Positions 36,380 through 50,704 are shown, counted from the stretch's first letter. The stretch is DNA of 64,000 nucleotides from Calcarisporiella thermophila CBS 279.70 (GCF_041956535.1 NW_027192218.1:139728-203727); one strand, 5' to 3'. The notes: a model not told the origin generated them from the letters alone. Numbers and translations: made by a program.

Positions 36380-37112
36380 CTAATAACTGTAATTATCTCT
36401 GGAAAAGTTGGGGTCTTGAATAAATGCTTGTAGTATTTTGCTTCCCGTCTGCAAAAGAGGATGCCCCGCAACACTAGAAAAATATAGAAGATTAGTAATA
36501 GCAAGATATTTATTATAGTATCGGACGATATACATTTGAAGAAATCTCTCAAGACCTTCCCGCCGTTGCTCAATGACTTCATCCGAAAAACGATTTGTAA
36601 ATATTTTCCCAGGAAGTGGTGGCAGATTTACCCGGCTGACTTCTCGCTCTAGTGCATCTCGAAACCATTCGAAATCGCTATACCGACGACGAACGGATGA
36701 TTGCTTCAATTTAAAGCATGGGATATTTGTCTGTGGAAAACAATAGGTTAAATTGAATGACATTATTAAATTCGTAGGCTATCTCCGCACTTGGTTAATG
36801 TTATACTAAATTGTTCAATTGAAAAGAATACAAGCATTATTTACTTACCTTGCATACAATTTCGTAATCAGTGTACATTTTTCGACCAAATCCTGCATCA
36901 CCAAAGGTAAATAGGTATATTACAAATGAAATTAGGGCTCTTGATTATAGAGAAATGTGTGGAGTCACCCTACCATGCGTTACCGGATTTCGTACTTCGA
37001 TTTCCAGAAAGTTTTCCGGAGCGCCATACATGTCCTCAACAGATTGCTCTTTACTCTGTAGCCGAATGGTTGCGCTGAGAGCCCTCGGAGAATGTGCTGA
37101 ATGCGTTGCCAT
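36380..37112 (-). CDS. SNX3: Sorting nexin 3
   Basis: [36 protein letters not shown] and [10 protein letters not shown]. Confidence 0.95.
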
Positions 37113-37260
37113 CTTAACTATGAAAATAAAAAATCCTGTCAAAGCTAACGGTTCTGTTAATATCCTGAGAAATTTTAAATACCACTTACCCCTCAATTGT
37201 GGCTTATAGAGTGACTTTATCTCGCGTACTAGGAACACGAACATATTATTAAATGAAGCA

Positions 37261-40200
37261 ATGAGGACAAAATTTATAACCCCTTATAAGATATGTCTAC
37301 TAGCATTGCTGCAAAAATTCTGCTCATCTCATTGGGAGCCAACATTCGCGCAGAAAGCCCTGTATTTTCTTATCCACAAGCTAGCGGTGTGTAATTTTCC
37401 TCTCTTCAACTCTAAAGCACTACCTGACGCTACGACTTTGTTCTTAGGCAAATAATGATTACCAGGAACTCACTATACTCGAATTAATGACGGAGCTAGA
37501 GGAGCTTGGAGACGAGGTGGTTACTTTAGAAGAAATGCTTAGAGAAAAAGTAGGCGAAATGTACAATTACTTCAATTTGATATTAATTATTCGCGTATTG
37601 GAAATAGCTCGAAGAGATAAGGTGTCCAAACGATCTCTACGATCTATTTTCAGGTATATACATTCTATGCTAGTAGTTTTATTTTCGCACAATTTTCACT
37701 TACTTGGGCTTATATCTATATTAGTCGCCAAAAATTTATTGCATGCTGATGAAGCTCCTGCACACAATAACAGACATCCAGTATGTTATTTAGAATTTAT
37801 TTTGTTTTGTTCATGCATGTTTATTGAATGCTTGTTTCTCTTCTAGAATGAAGGACACTTACTATTGGTAAGCGACTTTTGTAACAAGGCGTTTTGAAAT
37901 ACCCAGTGGGTCATTGACGTCCATGACACAATAGCACCGGCGAAGCGTATTTGGTGTATTTGTTCGACGCGCTTGGCTCGAATTTCAGAAAATGCCAATG
38001 GAGAAAATTGCCTCCCTCTTTAGCGCTTTTATAGCTTACCGCTCAGCCATGTTCGCCTCAGAGGAAGCGAATGAATCGAAGGCTATTTCTGACGCAAGTT
38101 TGTTGGAAGAGGAAAAAGAGGGTGGGGTGCTTCAGGAGATAATGGAAAGATATCATATGCCTTCGGAGAGTGAGTCTCTTGTGCTTTTACTCGTGAGAGA
38201 CCAGTTATTAAAAATGGGTTTCTAGATATCATTGCCCGATCAGACGCAGAGCATTTTTTAGATTACCAAGTCAGCCTACTAGAGAGTAAGTTAATGCATT
38301 AGCATCTGAGGTTTATTTCTAGCACTCACATTGACATCAGAATCTAGTGGTATCATTCCTCCTCGAGAGCTTCAACAGAAACTCAACGAGATTCAGCATC
38401 AAATCCCAACCCTTTTCAAAGTTTATTATGTCTCGTAAGAAACAGATTGTCAGATCTTAGTGAGGCTTTTTCTAGCTAACACCTTATCTTTTAGATGTTT
38501 GAATTGTCTACGATCCGGTGAAGTCGAGAGCGCATTTGAAAATCTCCACAAATTCTTTGACTATTGCCATGTAAATCAAAAAAAGTGAGCACATTTGTTT
38601 TCTTTTTATCAGCGAGGTTATCTAATATTCTTTGAACTTGAAGAACATTGTATCAATATGCGTTGCTAAATCTCGCGATCCTTCACTCGAGATTCAACCA
38701 TAAACAGCAGGCATTATGGGCAGTTCGCGAGGCAGTTTCGATCGCTCGTGAAAACCAGGATCAGGAATGTTTGAGCTACGCACTTAGGTACACGCCGATA
38801 AGCCCAATTTCTTAATTCTTGTAAGGGCTATGTTTACAGTTTATCTATTATTGATAGTTGGCTACATCGTCTAAACAAGTCGCGTGTGCACGATGAGAGC
38901 ACAATAGAGACTTCAGAGCAGCAGATGCTGGAATCCCTTGTCGGACAAACAAAAGAGCTCAACCTATTATATCTGCAGAGTCTGAGCGAACTTACCAAGG
39001 CAAAGCAAGCATTACAAACTGTAAGCTAAAGTAGTTCTCAGTCTACGTTTTACGTGGATCTAATTTTTTTTTATCTAAAGGGGGCCTCACCGTCAGAAAT
39101 TTTCGAATCATTGCTCCGAAGCACCTCAATTAACACGCGTTATTCACTAGAGGGAATTATTGGGACTTCGCAACTACTTGCTGCAAGTGTCTGGGATTTA
39201 TATGGTAACATCTGATTTCATGAAAATTTTTTCCATTTCATATGGAAAACTTATCCCTCTCCCTATAATAGGATCGAGTGTACTTTCAACACTTTATACT
39301 CAGCTCCAACTCGCCTACCATCCCAACGAGACAGTCCCTGAAGATATTGCAATAGGACATTGTAAGCTTGCATACCAGGTAATGAGCCTCTCCCACCATC
39401 TTCGGAGCCTAATGGAGAGTCATTAAATCATTAAATCTAACCTTGCGCAATAATAGCAAGCGATGTTTGGCAACTATGATCAAGCGCTATCCATCCTTCA
39501 TAATGCTAGCAAAGAGGTTGCTGTGAAGGGCTTTCAAGTGCTTCCGTGGGTGCAATGCATGGGGCAGATTTTACACCAACGAGCGCTCTACACGTAATGA
39601 TACAACGCTTGTTGAATGTTACAAGTTAATAACCTATTTTTGTGTGATGTAGTGAGGAGTTGAGCAATGCTCGTGCTGTGTCCTCTACCCTCGCTGCCGC
39701 CTGCCAGGACGATGAGCTACTTCGAATGGATGTTGCGTTCCGCAAAGCTTTATATCTGGCAAAGAAGGGTCAGCTAAATGAAGTGAGCATTGGACATGAA
39801 TCGGCAATGGGAGGGCATGCTAACCTATTCATTTTATTTTCTGATACTTCTCTAGTCACTGGATATGATCTGGGCCTTGGTAAAGGAGTGTTTTCGGCAT
39901 AACTCAACAACAAGTCTGATGAGCGTGACTTATTTACTTAAACTAGCCGAGATACATATGGTAAGCAGTCCATGTGTCGATGTCGCTGCTCTGCTCAGTA
40001 AGCATTGCATCGAATGTATACGATCATTGATCTTGTGCTCTAGGAAAGCGATGTCCCAATATCCGCACTGCCCCTGATACTGGGTGGACTGACGCTGAGC
40101 GAACGATTCCACATCCATGCGTCTTTCTGGTTAGCTAATGCACGGCTTGCAGAGCTCCTTCTACAGTTCAACCTACCTCGACAGGCCCTGGAGACAATTG

Positions 40201-40686
40201 AAGGGATCATGCCAAGGGTAATTTTGTAGTTTTAAGTGGCCGCTTCATATGTATTAATCACATTGCCTAAACCAGGTTCTGGCCCACGGCTCCCTCCACC
40301 TTCAGTCCACCGTTCATTTTGTCCATGCCAAGTGCATTCTTGCCTGCATTGCCGAGGAGTCTCAAAGTGAATTCTCCATTTTCCCATGTTCTCTCTATCT
40401 TGTGTTAATTAACTGTTTTGTCGCAGGTGAGCACGCTGCAACCCGATTTTCATCCGTCCTCCCGCCCCTCGAATACGCTCTCGCTGGCTTCCGCCGTCTC
40501 AACGCCCTGGAGGAGATGCTCAGTGTACTCTACTATCAAGCGCGTGTGTTTGATCACTTGGGCTTTTCCACCGAACGCAACCAGGCAGCCAAACAATATA
40601 GACTTTTGGTAGAACAACGAAGCAAATCTAGAATGGAATCCCCCCTCTCGAACTTCTATTACTACTCTAATGAGATAGCCAGCTAA
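37261..40686 (+). CDS. APC5: Anaphase-promoting complex subunit 5, many exons
   Basis: N-terminal FITPYKICLL, SVFGVFVRRA, ENLHKFFDY, YQYALLNLAILH and EAVSIARENQDQECL; TPR-like repeats. Confidence 0.88.
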
Positions 40687-41083
40687 TGATCATTTGCTAC
40701 ATACTTTTTTTTTCGCTTTATTTCATGTTGTAATTGGATAGTAAAGAGACACTCGAGTAATTATAGCAAAAAAAGGGGAAAAAAACTGTTAAATCTTAAA
40801 AAGAATATCCATAATACTATCCCTATCATCAGGACAAAAGAAAAAAAAAGAAAGAAAGCCACAAAAAGGAAAAACGCTTACAATAATAAGTGACAACTGC
40901 AAGATCTAATTGAAAACTTAATCTCCAACAAAAAAAAGAAAACTTACAGGAAATATAGAGGAAGTAGGGAAGCAATACATAATAAAATGAAAAAAAAGAG
41001 ACTATTAATAAGAGTTTTGCGCTGCAAAAAAAAGGAGAAATAAAAATAAAACTAACGTACTGCAAGAATTTCTACTAAACAAA

Positions 41084-42588
41084 TTAGAGACAGAAGATCC
41101 CTTTCCAGGAGCTCTCATCGCGTAATCTCTCGAGCACGCCCTCCCGACTCTTGATGAAAGAGTCGTTGATCTCCGACACAGGCACAGGCTCCATCGGATC
41201 AAATAGCGAAGTCGGTAGGTGTGCCACGGGGGCAACCGCATTCGGGTCCATGGCGGGGTAGGCGCCCGTGGCCGCCCCAAGTAGATTCGGATCGGCACTA
41301 GGATAGGGATTCACCGAGGGCATGTTCGAATATGGCTGCATCATGGGCAACGGTGCGGGAGCCGATACGGGCGGAGTGTCGGCGACTGTAAACTCTCTTG
41401 GGTTATTGGGCGAAGGCTTGGCCCACTGAAGTTGCAGCCGAGAGTTTCCAAACATCGCGCCATTTGCCTGGTAAATGGCCATTTCCGCAGACTGCTGGTG
41501 CATAAACCCAACGAAGGCGAACCCCTTGTTAGCGGGCAGTTTAATGTGAGTCACTGTGCCAAAGGGCTCGAAAAAGCTGCGAAGATCTTCCTCGGTCATA
41601 TATCCAACCAAGCCCCCAACATAGATCGTGGTGTGCTCGCCGATGGGTGCAGAAATGGGCGGCTGCGGCGCCTGCGGATAACTTCCTCCATATCCTCCGG
41701 TACTTCCGTACCCCCCCGCTCCCCCACTGCTATATCCGCTGGTGCCACTACCTGCACCCCCTGTCCCGCTTGGAGCAGATACGCGACCTTTAGGCGTGGC
41801 CATGGAAATGCGCATCGGGCGCGATCCACAAAACATCCCATTGCACTCCGCAAGTGCTCTATTTCTATCGTCTTCGTTGGTGAAGCGCACAAATCCATAT
41901 CCTCGCGACATGCCTGTAGCGGGATCCGTCATAATTCGTGCCGACTTGAAAAACCTGTATCTACTTTGGAATATCGCCTATAGCGCAAGGACCATAGGGG
42001 TCACTAAGAAGGTAACAAAAAGGGGGCACTCATGATACAAAAATGATACTAACCACAATCATAGATTCATTGACCTCTGGCCCAAGATCGCCAATAAATA
42101 ATGAATATTCTGGGCCATCCTGCTGTTTTGCGGAAGTATTCGAGGTTTTACTATAAAACAAAAATGGTTTCCATGTGAGTATAAGATTGCCAAATACGTT
42201 CCGGAAACTTTAGAAATTTACCCTCTCTCGTTGGGCCCTCCGCTTGCCCAGTTTAATTTGAAGGTGCGATCCGTGTTGGGGATCAAGGTTCCGTGAAGTG
42301 CAACTGCTTTCTGTGCTGCTGCATGACTCTGAAACTGGATGAAGCAATAATTCGCTGGGCCCCTTTATATTGATACAAGGGGAGGAAAAAGGAGCGAATA
42401 TTAAATCAGTGTGCGATCGAACGGGAGGATAGATGAGATAATTATTACCCAGTGAATTTATCCCGAATCATTTTAACGCTAACATTCTCACCAAGACTAT
42501 ACCACAGCTGGCGAATCCAAGTCTCGTCCGCCCATTCCGGTATGGATCCCATCCATAGCGTCGACTTTCCATCCTGTTCTTGTGCCAT
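41084..42588 (-). CDS. Three-RRM RNA-binding protein, Nam8/Ngr1/Csx1 family
   Basis: TLWMG, FKLNWASGG, EYSLFIGDL, GMSRGYGFVRF, RPMRISMATPK and TTIYVGGL. Confidence 0.9.
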
Positions 42589-43020
42589 AACTTGACTTCT
42601 GGTCCACTGATCAGAAAAAAGAAAAAAATACACGGCAAGCGCAAAAGAAAATGGGCCGGAGTCACGCTTTTTGTTGACGCATTCGAGCAGTCACTCAATT
42701 TTGATAGCTTCCTTGACGGAATAAAAATGTTAAGCTAACAACGATCCGTAGGAGAGTGGGCCGAGAAAAAAAAAATAGTAGACATGCCATGGTTTATTGT
42801 TAAATTAATCTCGTTTTAAACCCTGAACTGGTAGTAGCTAAATTAAAAGCGTCTACAGAAATGCTTTTCTAAGACAGGAAGTTCAAATAATAGTAAATAT
42901 TAACAGGGAAATTTAGCAAAAAAAAAACTTTTATAGGGAATCATAATGTCATGTAAATAAGCTAACGTATATATAGATTAAGTGAAATATTTAAATAGAA
43001 CAACAGGGAAATAGAAATTG

Positions 43021-46000
43021 TTAACGGCCACCGCCAAACAGTTGTCCAATTTGGTTGATTGCATCCTCCGCTTTCTTCTTAACTTCCTCCACAGGATTCG
43101 ACGGCTTATTATCGGGCTTTCCGCTATTGCCATTATCTTTGCCATTGCCGTCATTTCCGGGTCCGTTCTCTGGTTTTTTGCCAGGGATTGGAAGGATGTT
43201 CGGGAGATCCGGAAGCTTGGAAGGTATAGGTAAATCGGGCAGCTTGGTTGGAATGGGTAAGTTGGAAACGGCCGGCAGAGGCACGCTAGGTAAAGGCACG
43301 CTGGGCAAAATGCTTGGCAGCTTTCCGAGGGTGTCGTTCACCAGATTACCCGCTTGCTGGGGGAAACTGGTGGCCAGCATATTCTTGAATAGACCCAGGG
43401 AAGAGCCCGGCAAAAGCTCCGGCAAGGGTGGCATCAGCACGGGCAGATCTACCTTGGCAAAGGTCTCACGCAGCGACTCGATCTCAGTCGATTTGTCATT
43501 GCCTTTGACCTCGACCACCACCGCCTGCGTCAGCGCCTTGAAAAGCATCGCAAGGATCTTGGGCAGCGCTTCTCCAAGCAGCAGGTGGAGCTGGGTGGGA
43601 ACCGTGTTGTCGCCGGGGACAAGGGTGAGTCCCTTGATGTCGACCACTCCAATCTTAGTGCCTTCATAGAACGCATCGAGCACCACATCTCCCAGCTGCG
43701 CCGAGATTTGCGAGGGGTTATTCAGGACAACCTTGAGCCCAAGATTGCCCGAAAAGACGCCCCCAAGATCGATGTCCAATCCAACGACTCGGGGCTGCTT
43801 CCCCTTGAGCCCCTGTAGGCCGGCCAGAGCGCTCTGCACGTTGATCTCGATGCCAGTCAGCGTGAGGTCGCCCACACCGGAACCCGTCACCGCGTCCACG
43901 GTTCCTTTCATTCCAAACTGTTTGGTGGCGAGATGGGTAATGTCGGACAGGTACCCGTTGAAGGATCCCTTATCGAGCACCGGCAGATTGACCTGGGGAA
44001 TCTTGATGTGGATGATGCCGCCTCCCGGCTTAACATCCGACTGGACCGGGCTGAACGGCAGGCTCAGCTTCGCCGTATCGACGCCATTGTTCACAATTGT
44101 GAAGTCGCCCTTGGTTTGTTTCGGGTTGAGGGTGATCGGGAACGGGGATTTGAGCTCGGCCTCGACGTTGTCGGACGATATCAAGGGGGAGTAAGCCGTC
44201 TCCTTGGTGAAGGCAAGCGCGAACTGCTTGATGGTGATGGCAGGCAGAAGTTGAAGCCCCTTCGCACCCGGGAGCACCAGGTTCAGTTTCAGCGTGCGGA
44301 AGGCGGCAGAGAGCCAGTCCACTTTTCCGCCTCCGCCAAGTACGTCGCCACCAGTGACGTCGAGGGGAGTGTCGATGCCATGGATAAAGTTGTTGAAGAG
44401 CTCAGATGCCGCCTTCAGCCCTTCCTCGGTGGTTTGGGGAAGTAGACGGCCTTGGAGCGCCAGATTCACCTCGGCCTCACTGTCGATGAGCTGGTTCAGC
44501 GCGGCTAATAAAGGGGAGGCAACCCAAGTGAGCACAAGATCTCTCTATACAAATTAGAGAAATAAGCTCATTTACCTAGTTCGGCCACCTTAATGTTCTT
44601 GAAAGAGGCTTCAAAGCCGGCCGACTGCGCCAGTAAGCCCACGTTGCTCGGGTTCTGCAGGCTGGTCACGATGGCGGATTTGATCCCACCCGCCGGATCA
44701 TCGCCGGGGAGGTCGAACTTGACCACCTTGATGCCGCTCTTGAACTCGTTCATCCCCTTGAGCGACACCTGTTTGGTCATGGTGATCCCCGTGAAGGTGA
44801 AACCAAGGGCGGTGACGGCCAGGTTGCCGCAGCTCAGGTCCCACGTGAAGCCCTCCTTGTGGATAAGCTCCTCCGAGAATTTCTCGAGCCCCTCCGCGTC
44901 CACCACCTCCGCCGTCGCCACCACGTCAAAATTGCCGCCTTGGATATCCGCCTTGGTTAGGAGAGCGGGCATCTGGGTTATTTTGGCGATCACCCTGCCG
45001 TTCCACTTGATCTCGATGGGGGCGGCAAACTCAATCTTGGCGTCGAGAGGGCCGGCATTGGTCAGCGATCCGACGAGCCGCGTCTTAAAGCCCTGGTTCG
45101 ACGGCTCCTGGATGATCACTTTGGTGAGGCCAAACACCGCGTTGTTCACGATGGTTTGCACAATCGGGTTGCCAACGATGGGGATCAGCCGAAGGACCGA
45201 CTCGTCGGTGCGGGCGTCCACAGCCGACTGCTGGTAGTGGATGGAGGTCTGGTATTCGCCCACCTGGATCTTGGCCTTCATGTCCATGTCCACCCGAAGC
45301 TGGGCCATGGCCTTGAGCACAAACTCCGAGATGTTGAACCCGTCGAACACGCCGCGTCGCATCAGAGCGCGCCGCGATACACTCCTGCGGCGGCGGCGGC
45401 GCTTCCCCTTGGCGTCACCGATCTCGTATCCGCCCAGCTTGAGGAGGGCATCGAGGGGTGCGACGTTCAAGCCCTTGTCGACGGCGTTGCCTCGGAGAAG
45501 CACGATGATGGCGGTCGGCTCGAGGTTCATCTTCAGAGGCAAGCCGGGGGTCGACTGAGTGCTTTTGCCCTTGATCACGATCTGCTGGTCGGCCACGTCC
45601 AGGGTGCCCACGGGCTGTCCAAACTGCGTCACCACCGCCTGGATGCTATTCAGCTGGAGATCGGCGGTGAAGGTGTTGCTGATGTTGACGAGGGTCTGCG
45701 CCACGCTCGTCTGCGGGGTGTCGGGCAAGATGACGACCTTGGCCTGTTGCACGAGTTTGGTGGTGAGGCCGGGCATGACCGCCTCCGCCTTCACCTGGGC
45801 GAGCCCCTTGTTCAGCGGGGGGATCTGCGTGGAGTCCTTGGTGCCCTCGATCGCCACCGTGTTGTTCTCGCCCACCAGGAACTTCTCCAGGAGCTCGGTG
45901 CCGGCGGGGTCGCGATTCGGGTCGAAGATGCCCCTCGCGTTTACCTGGTTGGCGCCGATGGCCAGGGTGAGGTTGGGCAGGATGACGGAGCCCAGCTGCA

Positions 46001-47957
46001 CCTGCTTGAAATCGAGGAGGGTGCTCACATCCCCGCCCATGGACACGTGGATGTTGCTCGGGTTGAACAGGCTGGTGCTGACGGCCAGCTGCAGGCCGTC
46101 CTTTTGGCCGCCGACCACGTCGATCGAGTTGATCACCGGGGGGGGATCCCGCAGGCCGCGGAGGCCGCGGAGGGTGACGTTGCTCCGGAACGGGAGGTCG
46201 GTGAGGGTGACCAGCCCAATGGGGGTCGAGGCTTGGCCCGTTGCGTTTCCGGCCAGCGTGATCACGCTCTCGCTGAACAGGGTCAGGTTGGCGACGAACT
46301 CGTCGAAGAGGGCCTCTTTGCCGGGAACGACCTGCATCGGGGCGTTGGGAATGGAGAGCATCACCTCGCCGGTGGTGAGGTTCTTCTGCGCGCGGGCCCA
46401 GTCGGAGGTGAGCGACGCCAGCGGACCAAACCCGGGGAGCTCGATGTTGATGCTCTGCCGCACTTGCTCGATGTTGAGCGAGAAGCCGAACGGCACCTGG
46501 ATGATGGCGCGCACCGTGTCGGTGGAGGTGATGGGCGCGTAGGGCGACTGGGGATTGAAGCCGAGCGCAAGCGTGTCAATGGAGATGTTGCGGATGATCT
46601 CCAAGGGCTGCGGCGACTGAAGGCCCACTTGCATCTGGAGGCCCGCAAGGCCCGCGGACAGCCAGGAGACGCTGTGGACGCCGTCCGGGAGCGCCGAGGT
46701 CGCCTTGGCATAGGCGTTCGAGCGCCGTCCCGAGACGAAAGAGCTGAACATTTCAGAGAGCTGCTGGAGTTCGGAGGTGTTATTATGCGGAAGTAGGCGT
46801 CCGGTCAACTCCACCGAGTTGTCGCCAGGAGCAAGCAGGAGGTTGGGCGTGGACACTGGATACGTATCAGAAGACAATGGGAGCGTTAGCATCGTGACGT
46901 CGGTATGAGGGGCTTGCCTCCACGAGGCGTTTGTTTACCTGATCCAATGAAGGTATCCTTGAAGCCGACATCAAGCGCCACAGCCCCCAGCTGGATGCCA
47001 AATGGCGATGGATTCTGAATATTGGTACCGAGGAGCAGCTTGATGCCCCCGGCCGGATCGTCTCCGGGCAGATCGAATTTGGTGATGGTCACGTTCTGGA
47101 GGCCATTTAGCCCTATCAAAGAAAGAAAGGAAGACGTCAGCTCCCATTTCGTCGAGAGGGTAGGATGGATAGGCGAGCGGGTAGCAGAAGGGCGTGGGGG
47201 GGGGGGGGCCGCATACCTTTCAACGAGACGTCCTTCTCGACCTTCAAGTTCTTTGCGGTCATGCCCATGGCCTTGATGATGGCCTCGGACGAGAGATGCC
47301 AGACGAATTCGTCCTTTGCGACCATCTCCTTGGTGAATTCGGCAAATGCGGCCGGGTCGGAGATCTGGAAGTCGGTGGCCGTCTCCAGCTGCCCACTTCC
47401 GCCTGCCACCGCGACGGAGGGCAGCACCATCACGCCCAGCTCCTTGTCCTGCCATTTCACCGTCACCGGCTTCGTGAACTCGAGGTCGCCCGGGAAGGGA
47501 CCTGTGACAAAATTACAAATTTAAAACCTATTAGCATTGCGATTGGACAACTCAAATTGGTGGTCCGATCATTAAGGTAGGTAAATTAGCTAGCCAAAGC
47601 AGGAAAGTTTGAGAGTTTCCAACTAAGGATAGCTGTGAGATGACTAACAGAGTCCCTCAGAGCAAGCGGGCAATCCAAGAGCAGAGAAAACAAACCTGTT
47701 CGAGTCAACGCGGCCTTCATTCCAAGCTGGAATCCCGATTCCTTTGGGCTGGTGAGGTTGGCCACCTGGACGTCGAGCCCGGAGTTGTTGACGATGCTCT
47801 GGGCTATGAGCGGGAAGAATACGAAGATGATGAGGGGGATAAAGATGGCCAGTAGCCCGGCGGTCACCGCGACGGCGATGATCCAGAACCGCCTAGTTTT
47901 GTAGAAGGGCGTCTTCATGGGGGGCTTTTCGGTCTGGTAGTCTATCTCCTCCACCAT
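43021..47957 (-). CDS. Large (~1500 aa) type II membrane protein with tandem DUF3712/LEA2-like repeats (Tag1-like); true 5' end may lie further upstream
   Basis: Single N-terminal TM (FWIIAVAV..FFPLIAQSIVN) followed by repeated FDLPGDDPAGGI / NPS motifs. Four in-frame GT-AG introns. Confidence 0.8.
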
Positions 47958-48412
47958 ATTGTCGTAGTCGTGGTCGCGGGTGGGGTCATGCGGCCTGGGC
48001 GGCGGCGGCGGCGGCGGATGGCCCAACGAGGGGCTGTCGGCGCTGGGCCTTCCCTCGCCCGCGCGGGGGGGCGTTGGGGGAGCGGGCCGTGGGCGACGAA
48101 AGAGTGAGGAAACTCGCATTATTAGCAACGACTAGAGGTGAGATATAGATAATAGGTATGGTATTACACGGCGAAACAGAAACAACTATGGGAGGGGAGG
48201 GGGATTATAGGGGAGGGGAGATGATAAGAGGCAAGCACATCAATAAACCGCGCGGCGACAGCAAACAAGAACGAACTATCCATAAAAAAAACAGACAATA
48301 ACAAATGATGGAGACGACAAGGAGCTGGAAGAGAAGTGCGGGGGAAACGAGAGAGAAAGGAAAGAGGGAGTGCGGGGAAAGCGGGAGAGGAGGGGGAGGA
48401 GGAGAGGGAACG

Positions 48413-49141
48413 NNNNNNNNNNNNNNNNNNNNNNNNNNNNNNNNNNNNNNNNNNNNNNNNNNNNNNNNNNNNNNNNNNNNNNNNNNNNNNNNNNNNNNNN
48501 NNNNNNNNNNNNNNNNNNNNNNNNNNNNNNNNNNNNNNNNNNNNNNNNNNNNNNNNNNNNNNNNNNNNNNNNNNNNNNNNNNNNNNNNNNNNNNNNNNNN
48601 NNNNNNNNNNNNNNNNNNNNNNNNNNNNNNNNNNNNNNNNNNNNNNNNNNNNNNNNNNNNNNNNNNNNNNNNNNNNNNNNNNNNNNNNNNNNNNNNNNNN
48701 NNNNNNNNNNNNNNNNNNNNNNNNNNNNNNNNNNNNNNNNNNNNNNNNNNNNNNNNNNNNNNNNNNNNNNNNNNNNNNNNNNNNNNNNNNNNNNNNNNNN
48801 NNNNNNNNNNNNNNNNNNNNNNNNNNNNNNNNNNNNNNNNNNNNNNNNNNNNNNNNNNNNNNNNNNNNNNNNNNNNNNNNNNNNNNNNNNNNNNNNNNNN
48901 NNNNNNNNNNNNNNNNNNNNNNNNNNNNNNNNNNNNNNNNNNNNNNNNNNNNNNNNNNNNNNNNNNNNNNNNNNNNNNNNNNNNNNNNNNNNNNNNNNNN
49001 NNNNNNNNNNNNNNNNNNNNNNNNNNNNNNNNNNNNNNNNNNNNNNNNNNNNNNNNNNNNNNNNNNNNNNNNNNNNNNNNNNNNNNNNNNNNNNNNNNNN
49101 NNNNNNNNNNNNNNNNNNNNNNNNNNNNNNNNNNNNNNNNN
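48413..49141. other. Assembly gap (N run) flanked by an identical ~38 bp purine-rich sequence
   Basis: GGGAAAGCGGGAGAGGAGGGGGAGGAGGAGAGGGAACG occurs both immediately before and immediately after the Ns. Confidence 0.95.
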
Positions 49142-50704
49142 GGGAAAGCGGGAGAGGAGGGGGAGGAGGAGAGGGAACGAGCGTAATAATGAAAAGAGGA
49201 TCGTGAATGCTCGCGGGCTATTTTGCAAAATTGCAATTTTGGGCCACAAGGCAATTAATCGAGCCAAATTGGAGCCCCAGCCCCGCCGCGAATCGGAGCG
49301 GGCGGCGGGTGGGACAGCGCAATCAAGGCTCTCGGCCATGCTGCCCTGTGATCCTGATCGGGCGGCCTCATTTCCCCGGTGCAACCATCACCCGTTTCTC
49401 CACACATTGCACAGCTGAGGCCGGCTGCTAAGAGGCCGATTTGCATGGCTTGCGAGCGCAGGCTAATCAGGGCCGCGGACGCGGTGATGTAAGCGGCCCT
49501 CAACAGGCAAGCGGCCAGGTGCATCCACCACTCAGCGGCCAGGCAGGGGGAGGGGGGATCGGCCAATCGCACGCTCATTTTCCCTCAATCCCTTCCTAAA
49601 ACGCCCTCTTTCATTTCCCGGCCACTCGATCCTAGCCCAAACCTGGTTCGATCCCGAGCCCTCTTGGCAGCCATGGAACCTTACGTCGGTGGCTACTTTC
49701 AGCTGAAAACCGACAAGGTTAAGGGCGGGTGCGCTGGGCCGCTTATCGCTTATCGCTTAGCGCGGGCAGGGGGGGGAGGGGAGGGGAGCGCGGGGCCGCG
49801 GGGCGGGCCCACCGGGCTCGCGTGAGGCCTGCATTCCCGGTGACAAATCCTCATTACCGGCCCCACACTCTGTGCTCCATAAGGCAGAGACGCGCATCCA
49901 TGCCTTGCCTCTCCCCCTCGAACCCTTGCCAACTATGGCTTCCATTTCGCATAGCTCACACTTAGGCTTTGTGTGTGCATGCGAAACCGCGTTTGACTCG
50001 CCCACCCCATAGGGCTCGGGCGCGGCGTCTAGCCCGCGAGGCCGAGGGAAAACAGAGCTCGCGGTGCGAGGGCGGCCGCAACCCGGCTGGGGGGGGGGGG
50101 GCGCCTGCCCGTGATTGCAACCCCGCGAGGAGGACTGAGTGGCTTGCGCGTTGTTTGTTTGTACCGCTTGTGACCCGACGCAATGGCCGGCCGGGAAAGG
50201 CCTAGCTCTGGAATCCGCAGAATCGGACTGCTGCAGATCTGGGGGCAGTGCTTAGGCAGCCTGTGGGGCCCGGAGAAACACAGCCTGATAGCCGAGGGCA
50301 GGCCGGTGACGTCGACGGCAGCGTGGCAAATGCAGGTGGGATCTTTGGGAATTTTGTTCGTTTTGGGGGTGCGTCGAACCCCTTTCCGCTTTCGGGGCTG
50401 GAACTGCTCTTATAGGGGCGCAGGATCAAGGGAACAATGCAGGTGTGACGCCGTTTTGCAAATGCTCCGCACTCCGACTGAGTGGCTGTCCCTGTGTGGT
50501 GTCGACTAGGCTTGCAGTGTTGCGAGGGCTGCCCTGCTGGCGCAACACCAATCGCGGCCTGCGGATCCTTTTCATTTAAAAACCATCCTCCCGCCGCCTC
50601 TGGGTCTTTTCCCTCATTTCATTCGCGGCCCTTCTTTCCATCCCACAACGCCCCCCGTCGACACTTCTCCCACACCTTCTCCTCCCCAGCACTAACCCTT
50701 GACA

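Noticed and set aside
45156-46796. 546-aa + strand ORF and other long antisense ORFs (e.g. 11968-12939, 12564-13343, 45559-46542)
   Set aside because: Shadow ORFs produced by the GC3-biased codons of real genes on the opposite strand.
48164-49418. ORFs of 278-406 aa spanning the gap
   Set aside because: Artefacts of translating Ns.
49645-49656. GGTTCGATCCC B-box/T-loop-like motif
   Set aside because: No cloverleaf or properly spaced A box; not callable as a tRNA.
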